DNA of 64,000 nucleotides from Bacteroidota bacterium (GTDB lineage Bacteria; Bacteroidota; Bacteroidia; Palsa-965): NCBI GenBank assembly GCA_013298545.1, contig JAAFIA010000010.1, positions 5,789 to 69,788 of the forward strand, read 5' to 3'. Shown piece by piece: positions 8,620 to 15,390 of this stretch (position 1 is its first letter; each line of letters starts with the position of its first letter). The notes under the pieces were generated by a model. It saw only the letters and a program-made list of their open reading frames with translations, ran no database searches and was not told where the DNA came from. The position numbers and the translations under genes were made by a program.

Positions 8620-8838
8620 TATTTGGTGATTTTTTGAGTTAGTGAATTGGCGATTTTTTCAATTCACCAATTCACCAACTGCCCAACTTCACGGTTCAAC
8701 TTCACTAGTCAACTCCACTTTCCAACTTCACGGTTCAACTTCACTAGTCAACTCCACTTTCCAACTTCACTTTTTTAATTCACTAATTCAAAAATTCACT
8801 AACTCACCAATTCGTCAATTCACCAACTCGCCAATTTC
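8620..8838. repeat. Fourth 8-bp inverted array with an embedded 39-bp direct duplication
   Basis: Short GAATTGG-type arm, long ACCAATTC-type arm; ccaacttcacggttcaacttcactagtcaactccacttt occurs twice in tandem at about 8683-8760. Confidence 0.85.
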
Positions 8839-9270
8839 CTAAATCGTGAAAATCTTTTCTGCTTTATATGGAATACCATCAGCCTGAGTAAACACTTCCA
8901 GTTTTAGTGTCCGGTTTGCTTTTTGTCCTTTTAAGAGCAGGGGAGCAAGCGCGGGTATATTTGTTAAAGGAATAAACAGGTTTACTTTCAACTTTGTACG
9001 CGCCCTTTTTTTTATCGCGTGTGTTTCTTCGCTTGGTTCGCTGTTGCCTACCTCGCTATCCATCAAATACACTTTTAAAAGGGGCTGAGTTATGGTAAAC
9101 GCATGACCCGAAAAATTATCTATCGTGATTTCAGCCCACATTTTTAAACTCGCTTGCTCTATGCCCACAATGGCAACCTGCGTAACGTTTATACTTAATT
9201 TTTGGGCGGCATTTGCTAATGAATAAAGCCATGCCGCACCACCCCCGATCAATGCTAATGAAAAAATCAT
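8839..9270 (-). CDS. LEA_2/WHy-like membrane-anchored beta-sandwich protein
   Basis: N-terminal anchor, then LSINVTQV...EITIDNFSGHAFTITQPLLKVYL..EVG...IKKRARTKLKVNLFIP, the LEA_2 pattern. Confidence 0.65.
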   Translation of the reverse strand: MIFSLALIGGGAAWLYSLANAAQKLSINVTQVAIVGIEQASLKMWAEITIDNFSGHAFTITQPLLKVYLMDSEVGNSEPSEETHAIKKRARTKLKVNLFIPLTNIPALAPLLLKGQKANRTLKLEVFTQADGIPYKAEKIFTI

Positions 9271-9512
9271 TTTTTAATCTCCTTCCCGCATTCCTCACAC
9301 GTTGCCTTGTTTTTGGTTTCTCGTACTTCGCGCTGCTTGGCATTGTATCTGTCAATGAGCATACGAATACCAAACCACACAAAACCGCCAATAATGGAAC
9401 GTATCGTAAAATCTAACATCCCGCCGCTCTCCATGCCTGCCAAAAAAATAGAACTACTTAACAAAATGTCGTCCGTCGTTCCGCTCGTTGCTATGCTTCC
9501 CATGTTTTTCAT
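9267..9512 (-). CDS. Small membrane protein (1-2 TM) with C-terminal CxxC; first gene of the structural operon
   Basis: 81 aa; TM FTIRSIIGGFVWFGIRMLI; CEEC; ATGA overlap with the next gene. Confidence 0.65.
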   Translation of the reverse strand: MKNMGSIATSGTTDDILLSSSIFLAGMESGGMLDFTIRSIIGGFVWFGIRMLIDRYNAKQREVRETKNKATCEECGKEIKK

Positions 9513-9570
9513 TTGACTTAGTTTTTTGTTTAGTCAAAGGTCTTACATCGAAAAATTACGCGGGATAAAT

Positions 9571-9600
9571 TGGAACAACTTAGGACAACTTTTGCAACTT
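9571..9600. promoter_or_regulatory. Three CAACT direct repeats at about 10-bp spacing upstream of the structural operon
   Basis: tggaacaact taggacaact tttgcaactt, about 60-90 bp upstream of ATG 9512. Confidence 0.4.
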
Positions 9601-9702
9601 CGTTTTTTGTAAGTGGTTGAAAAAGTATTTAAACTGGTCATTTTTCACACTCCATTTTTTTCGGTTCAAACATAAAAAATATCTTTTGCTCACGATTTGG
9701 CA

Positions 9703-9731
9703 CAAAAAAACCGGACTTCTTTTGTCCGGTT
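9703..9731 (-). terminator. Rho-independent terminator after the HTH gene
   Basis: aaccggac / gtccggtt stem followed by a U run on the minus strand. Confidence 0.7.
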
Positions 9732-9755
9732 ATCCTTGCTTGTTTTAGTGTGCAA

Positions 9756-10154
9756 TTACTTCTTTTTCTTTTTACGTTTTTCTGCTTTAGAAAAGGAATC
9801 TTGACCCCATTCCTCGTCGTTGTCTAGCTGATTATCTTTTGTTGCATTTGCAAAGTCTTCCATTTCCTTTTTCTTATTACTCATGTACATACTTTGCAAT
9901 TCGTCCTCCGTGTAATTCTCCAGTACCATAAATTCAGGTAAGCCTTGATGACTTATAAAGCGTCGAACATTGTCGATGCTCAAATAATGCGAATGCCTAG
10001 CATTGAAAAAAATACCCGCATTATGCAACCATTTTTCTATCGTTTTGCGACCAACTTGGTACATACGCTGCAAATCCGCTTTTTTCATAGGCCGGATTCT
10101 AAACACAGTTATGCGCCGACGGTTGTAGCTGTCTTCGTCATGGAGCGAATACAT
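9756..10154 (-). CDS. Small HTH DNA-binding protein (DUF4248/excisionase-like)
   Basis: MKKADLQRMYQVGRKTIEKWLHNAGI...YLSIDNVRRFISHQGLP matches the Bacteroidota DUF4248-type HTH pattern. Confidence 0.65.
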   Translation of the reverse strand: MYSLHDEDSYNRRRITVFRIRPMKKADLQRMYQVGRKTIEKWLHNAGIFFNARHSHYLSIDNVRRFISHQGLPEFMVLENYTEDELQSMYMSNKKKEMEDFANATKDNQLDNDEEWGQDSFSKAEKRKKKKK

Positions 10155-10435
10155 AAAAGTTATTTTTTGGAGTTTTTGAAACGGATGTTTTAGGTGTCCT
10201 CCGTTTTCTAGGGTTATGCCTTTGAGTAGTTACAATACACGTTCTTTGTTTTTCGTTTGTGCTAATTTTCTCTTGTTCGCCAGTTGTTTCGTTTTGATGG
10301 ATGTGTAGCCCAGTTCTACGATTAATTTTGCATCCTCTTGGTATGCAATTAGTATAACGCGGCTAACGTGTTAAGGTTGCTTCTATTGTACAAATGGGGG
10401 GGATTATTTCACAAGTGTTTGATTTTTTTAACGAA

Positions 10436-10852
10436 TTACAATTTTTTACTATGTACTTCGTTTTGCGAAATTTTATTTTTGGTATTCGTTTCTGCCATAC
10501 CCGAAATGCAATCCAGTTGTATCTGTTCTGTTTTCTCTGTTATCGCAAATTCAGCTCGTATATGCTTTTTTTCTCCCGCGTGTATTGTTTCACCTGTTAA
10601 TGCTCCATCATGTGCCAATGTGTCCCCATCTTTTCCCATGCAATAAACTTCTATCAACAGGTTTTTGTAATGCGTGTTTGGGGCTTTATTCGTTATCGAA
10701 AATTCTGCTTCGCATAAGGAATCGTTTAGTTTCTTAAACGATAAAATTTTGCCTTCTAAATAATAACGGGATCGTGTTTCGGGATGGATGGTTTTATTGG
10801 TGTTATAACACGAAACAATAAACGCAATACCCAAAACTAAAAACGTTCTCAT
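10436..10852 (-). CDS. Putative lipoprotein with FxLYD-like Ig fold
   Basis: MRTFLVLGIAFIVSC lipobox-like signal; ITNKAPNTHYKNLLIEVYCMGKDGDTL...TIHAGEKKHI. Confidence 0.55.
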   Translation of the reverse strand: MRTFLVLGIAFIVSCYNTNKTIHPETRSRYYLEGKILSFKKLNDSLCEAEFSITNKAPNTHYKNLLIEVYCMGKDGDTLAHDGALTGETIHAGEKKHIRAEFAITEKTEQIQLDCISGMAETNTKNKISQNEVHSKKL

Positions 10853-11037
10853 GCGGTTTCGTTTGTAGCATCGTCTATAAAATCATCCGAAAAGTCTTGA
10901 CACAATTTAATAAGTCTTATCGCATACTCTTTTTCACTTTCCGAAAGTTCGTTTAGATTTTTCGCCGCTAAAACTTCGTAGCAGTCTTGCAAATCGTTAA
11001 AGGTGTTTTCAAACCTGCAATGATCCATGTTTGCCAT
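10849..11037 (-). CDS. Small phage-type hypothetical protein
   Basis: MANMDHCRFENTFNDLQDC resembles the M(S/A)NMxYCRFENTxxDLxDC family seen in phage genomes; ATGA overlap with the next gene. Confidence 0.7.
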   Translation of the reverse strand: MANMDHCRFENTFNDLQDCYEVLAAKNLNELSESEKEYAIRLIKLCQDFSDDFIDDATNETA

Positions 11038-11082
11038 AGTCGGAATTTTTCAAGGACTGTTTTTAAATCTCTTACCATGTAA

Positions 11083-11131
11083 ATAAATAAAAAATGGCGG
11101 CCAAGCCCTAACCCCTTAAAACTTGACCGCC
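11083..11131 (-). terminator. Terminator-like hairpin in the leader of the 11037 gene
   Basis: Minus strand GGCGGUCAAG-loop-CUUGGCCGCC followed by AUUUUUUAUUUAUUU. Confidence 0.6.
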
Positions 11132-11194
11132 GAAATAAACAGCAACGGGAGTTACTGTCTTCTGTTAAGGTGCTTAATTCTCAATAACAGGGCG

Positions 11195-11202
11195 CAAATG
11201 TA
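11195..11202 (-). promoter_or_regulatory. Bacteroidota sigma-A -7 box (TACATTTG)
   Basis: Matches the TAnnTTTG consensus and points toward the minus-strand operon. Confidence 0.55.
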
Positions 11203-11353
11203 TTTCCTTTTTTATTCACACCCACTTTTTTTCTACTTATTTTTTGCACGTATTGAAATCTGATTTACTTTAGCAGAACATTTCTAAAACTAAGACTATC
11301 GACTAAATCACATATTAACATATCGTAATAACGCATTGGCGTTAGTGTTGCTT

Positions 11354-11492
11354 GCTTATCAAAACGGCAAATTTTAACTCAAACAAGGAAACACTAAGCG
11401 TCGCGCCGGAAGGCGTGGGCTTTAGTGTACTTGTTTGAGGGGGCTTTGCCGTCCCTGATAAGCGGTTACTAAAGTACCACGCCGATTTTTTT
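11354..11492 (+). ncRNA. Candidate structured RNA: long hairpin with GGAA tetraloop and an alternative terminator-like pairing
   Basis: Nested pairings gcttatca/tgataagc, acggcaaa/tttgccgt, ctcaaacaag/cttgtttgag, acactaa/ttagtgt, cgcc-GGAA-ggcg. Downstream actaaagtaccacgcc can pair with ggcgtgggctttagt and is followed by a T run. Confidence 0.55.
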
Positions 11493-11701
11493 GACTATAA
11501 ACTATTATTTATGTGCTTAAAGTGGACATCGGTTTTAATAATTTGGGCATTGATATTGAAACGAAATACCTGAAAAATAAGCATTACCAATGTCAGAAAA
11601 CAGACCAAAAATGAATGTAAATAAATTGTATTAGTAATTTTTTTTTATCAATTTTATTAAAACGTTTAAACATTAAATAAATAAATATGAACTATCAAAA
11701 T

Positions 11702-11745
11702 AAAAAAACCATATCCACGCAAAATGTACGTGGTATATGGATTTT
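11702..11745 (-). terminator. Rho-independent terminator for the 22-aa peptide gene
   Basis: Minus strand ccatataccacg-loop-cgtggatatgg followed by a T run, about 30 nt after the peptide stop. Confidence 0.7.
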
Positions 11746-11773
11746 CACAGGATTAGGACGTACTAAATTACAT

Positions 11774-11842
11774 CTACCAACCACCATTGCCATCAGTACC
11801 AATGATACCTAATGCTCTTAAAATTGCTTGAATGAGTTCCAT
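11774..11842 (-). CDS. Unannotated 22-aa peptide MELIQAILRALGIIGTDGNGGW
   Basis: Hand translation; A-rich translation-initiation region typical of Bacteroidota (aaaaacaaaagaaaaATG); own terminator; divergent from the 517-aa regulator-like gene. Confidence 0.65.
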   Translation of the reverse strand: MELIQAILRALGIIGTDGNGGW

Positions 11843-11948
11843 TTTTCTTTTGTTTTTGGTTTCTACGAATGTCTAAAAACAGTCGATCCAAATTAGGGTA
11901 CTTTATTCAACAAAATGGACATTCAAAAATCATTCAAAACCAAACGAT

Positions 11949-13502
11949 ATGACACGACTACAAAACCTACATAAGTTAGTCCACAAGTTAAAGTCGGAAG
12001 AAGTTGAAGTATGCAGAAGGCTTCTTACTGCTTTTGATCGGAGAGGAATTAAGTTTGATAACAAAGCGGTTAAACTTTTTGAAACGCTGTTAGAAGATCA
12101 AACGGGGGAATATACGGAGGTGTTCATATCAGAGAAGATATACGGGGGAATAAAAATTACTGCTATTCAAAAATTACAAGTCCGGCTAAAAGCTAAAATT
12201 TTGGAAATGCTGCAAATGGATATAAACATTGAACGTGAAGATACTTACCCTATTAGATTACAAGTCCTTTATTCCATCCGAAAACAACTTAACTACGCTC
12301 AAATTCTTCAAGCCCGTTCAATGACTTCTATGGTGCTGCATCTATACGACGAAATCATACAGCAAGGTGTACGTTACGAATTATGGGAGGAGGTAATAAC
12401 TGCTGCTCGTTTTAAGTGTGGACTAGTGGCAATTTCTATGGGCCAAAGCCAATATGAAAAATGTGCTCAATCATGGAAAGAATACAGGCAAATTTATCGC
12501 GCTTGTGCATTTGCTGAAAGTAAATACAACGAGTTGGTTCTCATCACAAATTATAGATCTTGGACTGAAAAAGATTCTATAAGACTTAGAGAAAACATAC
12601 TGAAATTGATGCAACTATTCGAGAAAACAAACTCGGCAACTATTGAATATCATTTAAGGCGTTTAGAGGCGCACTATTATCAGCAGCATTATGAGTATCG
12701 AAAAGCCGACGAATGTTTGCGACGAATAGTAGTTTTAACAAAAGATTTTGATTCTGTTGCAACAAAATCAAGGCATTCTGGGGCATTACTAGATATTGCT
12801 CAAAACAATATCTATTTGCGCGATTTTGAAACTGCTATCTCTAACACATTTACCGGACTTAAATACGTTCCGGCTACTCACAGCACCTCAGTATTTTTTA
12901 TGGAACTTCAATTTTATTGTAATTTCTATTTAGGTCTATATGAAAAGGCGTTAGGTTGTTTGAAAAAAGTCGTGAAACTTACTGAGAACTTTGGTTGGGG
13001 TTTTCAAAAAGGGAAATGGTCTTATCTTATCGCTTGTTGTGAGTTTGCGCTTGGAAACTATCAGCAAGTAGATACAATTTTACTTGCTGTTAATCCGATA
13101 GAAAACGACAAAAATGGGTGGAATCTTGGAGTTCGTTTTTTGTTAATCCTAAGTAATATAGAACGAGAAAAATTTGATGTCGCTAGTAGTAGATTAGAAA
13201 CTATTCGTAAACAAGTAAATCAAAAATCGCATAAAAATCTATCTCCAAGAAATAAAAGAATTATCAGTTTGTTACTTGCTCTTGACAGAAAAAGTTTTCG
13301 CTTTTCTGATCTTACGATCAAACAGCAAAAAGCATTAGCGGACTTGTCAAGTTCTGAAAATAATTTACGTTGGGAAATACTTAGCCCTGAACTAATACTA
13401 TTTCACGCTTGGTTAAGTTGCAAAATTGAGAAAGTTCCTTTTCAGCAAAAAACACCAACCATGTTGGTTCGCTCGTCGGAAGCATTAACAATTGCAGTTT
13501 AA
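11949..13502 (+). CDS. All-helical TPR-like protein with putative N-terminal DNA-binding region (Bacteroidota-type regulator)
   Basis: 517 aa; LHKLVHKLKSEE...KLFETL N-terminus; TPR-like units such as FYCNFYLGLYEKALGCL and ACCEFALGNYQQV. Confidence 0.65.
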   Translation: MTRLQNLHKLVHKLKSEEVEVCRRLLTAFDRRGIKFDNKAVKLFETLLEDQTGEYTEVFISEKIYGGIKITAIQKLQVRLKAKILEMLQMDINIEREDTYPIRLQVLYSIRKQLNYAQILQARSMTSMVLHLYDEIIQQGVRYELWEEVITAARFKCGLVAISMGQSQYEKCAQSWKEYRQIYRACAFAESKYNELVLITNYRSWTEKDSIRLRENILKLMQLFEKTNSATIEYHLRRLEAHYYQQHYEYRKADECLRRIVVLTKDFDSVATKSRHSGALLDIAQNNIYLRDFETAISNTFTGLKYVPATHSTSVFFMELQFYCNFYLGLYEKALGCLKKVVKLTENFGWGFQKGKWSYLIACCEFALGNYQQVDTILLAVNPIENDKNGWNLGVRFLLILSNIEREKFDVASSRLETIRKQVNQKSHKNLSPRNKRIISLLLALDRKSFRFSDLTIKQQKALADLSSSENNLRWEILSPELILFHAWLSCKIEKVPFQQKTPTMLVRSSEALTIAV

Positions 13503-13621
13503 GCATTGAACATCCCCGCCCATAAGGGCCAACGGCATAGGGGTTTGTCTGTTGTGTTTGTAAGTGTATTACAACGGGGGATGTTTCCAATTAAAATCTA
13601 AAAAGTACCAGCTACCAACCT

Positions 13622-14245
13622 ATGAAACCTGACGTAATCGAATTGAATAACTTGCTCCAACGGATTCCGATAGAAACATTTCGGTCTTTGAAGTACGCGC
13701 AACGTGCGAAGCCATTTGCATACTTTTTTATCGAATTTGTAAGCAAATCGGGGTTTGATGGCGAAGTGGTTGAAACCCTTATTGCTTTTTCGGTAAGTGG
13801 ATATAAATTGAAAAAAACAGCAGCTTTATTAAACCTCGATTTACCAACCCTGAGAAAGAAAATGTTTCGTGCGTTTTCAAAATTAGAGAAAAGAGAACGC
13901 GCTTACTTCGCATTGCTGCGAAAAAATACAGATTCGATTGAGCATCCGTTAAAAGACACTTTTTTAGCCTTTCTAAAACCAATAAACGAGCATACAGAAC
14001 TAGGGGACGAAATAGTACACATACTTACAAGTAAAGGCATAACAAGTCTTTGGCATCTGAATAAATACACATATTCCAAACTCATCAACTTAGAAATTTT
14101 AACACCTAAACAATTGGCTACACTTTCCTATTATCTAAACCGAAACCGCTATAACGAGATACTAAATTGGGAAGTCTTAGCGAATTGGTTTGAACAATCG
14201 AACCGCCGATTTATTGGCGTTACCGACCATGATATGAACTATTGA
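13622..14245 (+). CDS. Putative transcription factor: sigma70 region-4-like HTH plus RNAP alpha-CTD-like domain
   Basis: GYKLKKTAALLNLDLPTLRKKMFRAFSKL (sigma4-like HTH); ELGDEIVHILTSKGITSLWHLNKYTYSKLINLEILTPKQLATL (alpha-CTD-like HhH). Confidence 0.55.
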   Translation: MKPDVIELNNLLQRIPIETFRSLKYAQRAKPFAYFFIEFVSKSGFDGEVVETLIAFSVSGYKLKKTAALLNLDLPTLRKKMFRAFSKLEKRERAYFALLRKNTDSIEHPLKDTFLAFLKPINEHTELGDEIVHILTSKGITSLWHLNKYTYSKLINLEILTPKQLATLSYYLNRNRYNEILNWEVLANWFEQSNRRFIGVTDHDMNY

Positions 14246-14385
14246 AATTCAGGCTGAACCTTGAATAAATAAGTAAACGACCCGCTAAAAAAGGAGGTTT
14301 CCCCAAGTGAAAAAAAACTACAAAAACAGAAAACGCCTTGACTACGGCTGCGAATTGTAGTACATTTGATTTACTAAGCAATAAC

Positions 14386-15378
14386 GTGAACAAATCCTTT
14401 TTCATAGCGTTAATTTTTTTCTTGGGCATCGTCGCGAAGACAGAAGCCCAACAAAACCTTGTGTACAATGGGGATTTTGAATTGTATGATACTTGCCCTA
14501 TTGGCTTTTCAAGTCCCCCAAACAATCCACAAATTGAGCATTGTTTGGGCTGGACAATGCCGACGTATGCTACTTCCGACTATTTTAATATTTGTAGTGC
14601 TTTTCCAGTTAGTATTCCGATGAATGGTATTAGTTTTCAATATCCACTTAACGGGAACGGATATTGTGGCTTCTTCGCATTCTCTAAAATACTTGATATT
14701 AATGGCGGTTATTACTGGTGGGAGTATGTGCAAGGCAATCTAACTCAACCTCTCGAAGCGGGTGTAACATATAATTGTTCTTTCTATGTAAGTAATGGCT
14801 ATACATTTCAATTTGCAGTTGATGAGCTTGGTGTGTACTTTTCTTCAAATGCTATTTCTCGTCCCGATCCTTTACCATTCGATGCGTATAGCCCTCAAAT
14901 AAAATCCCCTGCCGGAATATATTTAACAGATACTTTGGGATGGACAAAAATTGAGGGTGAGTTTGTGGCACAAGGTGGCGAGCAGTTTATTACAATCGGG
15001 TGGTTTAAAGATACTTTGTCAACAGATTATATTTCTCTCGACACAAACTACATTGATATAGGGGCATATTATTTTGTTGATGGAGTTTCTTTAACCGAAG
15101 TATCAAGCAAACTCGAAGTGCTAAACGTATTTACACCCAATGCCGACGGCATCAATGATAATTTTTCACCGACTTCTGCCTATTTACTGTCGTACAAATG
15201 TCAAATTTTCAATAGATGGGGAGAACAAGTAGTAGAACTCAATGCCCCAAACCAATATTGGGATGGTACATCAAACGGTAATCCGTGTTCAGATGGTGTT
15301 TATTATTATACTATTTATGCCATTGGTAACGATGATAAAGTATATGATTTAAAAGGATTTGTTCAGTTGTTGCGCTAA
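14386..15378 (+). CDS. T9SS type B (gliding-motility/CHU_C CTD) secreted protein with N-terminal carbohydrate-binding-like domain
   Basis: Signal peptide then QNLVYNGDFE; C-terminal NVFTPNADGIND...IFNRWG...WDG...GVYYY...GFVQLLR. In-frame GTG at 14386 follows a TACATTTG box at 14361. Confidence 0.85.
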   Translation: MNKSFFIALIFFLGIVAKTEAQQNLVYNGDFELYDTCPIGFSSPPNNPQIEHCLGWTMPTYATSDYFNICSAFPVSIPMNGISFQYPLNGNGYCGFFAFSKILDINGGYYWWEYVQGNLTQPLEAGVTYNCSFYVSNGYTFQFAVDELGVYFSSNAISRPDPLPFDAYSPQIKSPAGIYLTDTLGWTKIEGEFVAQGGEQFITIGWFKDTLSTDYISLDTNYIDIGAYYFVDGVSLTEVSSKLEVLNVFTPNADGINDNFSPTSAYLLSYKCQIFNRWGEQVVELNAPNQYWDGTSNGNPCSDGVYYYTIYAIGNDDKVYDLKGFVQLLR

Positions 15379-15390
15379 ACAACGAACAAG

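Larger units (their letters stand above)
1..14245. mobile_element. Putative provirus-like or virus-derived element (tailless-virus-like structural operon plus regulatory module); left end outside the window, right boundary approximate
   Basis: Run of short co-oriented hypothetical genes including a GH73 lysin, a transglutaminase-fold enzyme, beta-rich candidate capsid proteins, membrane proteins, a recombinase-like domain and a phage-type small protein. No housekeeping genes. No att site or integrase seen. Confidence 0.6.

Noticed and set aside
3901-8838. 8-bp repeat arrays and the 39-bp duplication as a CRISPR array
   Set aside because: Units are contiguous, degenerate and inverted, with no unique spacers and no cas genes.
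8642-8842. 66-aa plus-strand ORF with a QLHGSTSLVNSTF repeat
   Set aside because: It is simply a translation of the DNA repeat array, antisense to the operon.
1-14245. Classical tailed prophage or conjugative element
   Set aside because: No terminase, portal, tail, relaxase or T4SS motifs are recognisable in the visible part; the unseen left part could change this.
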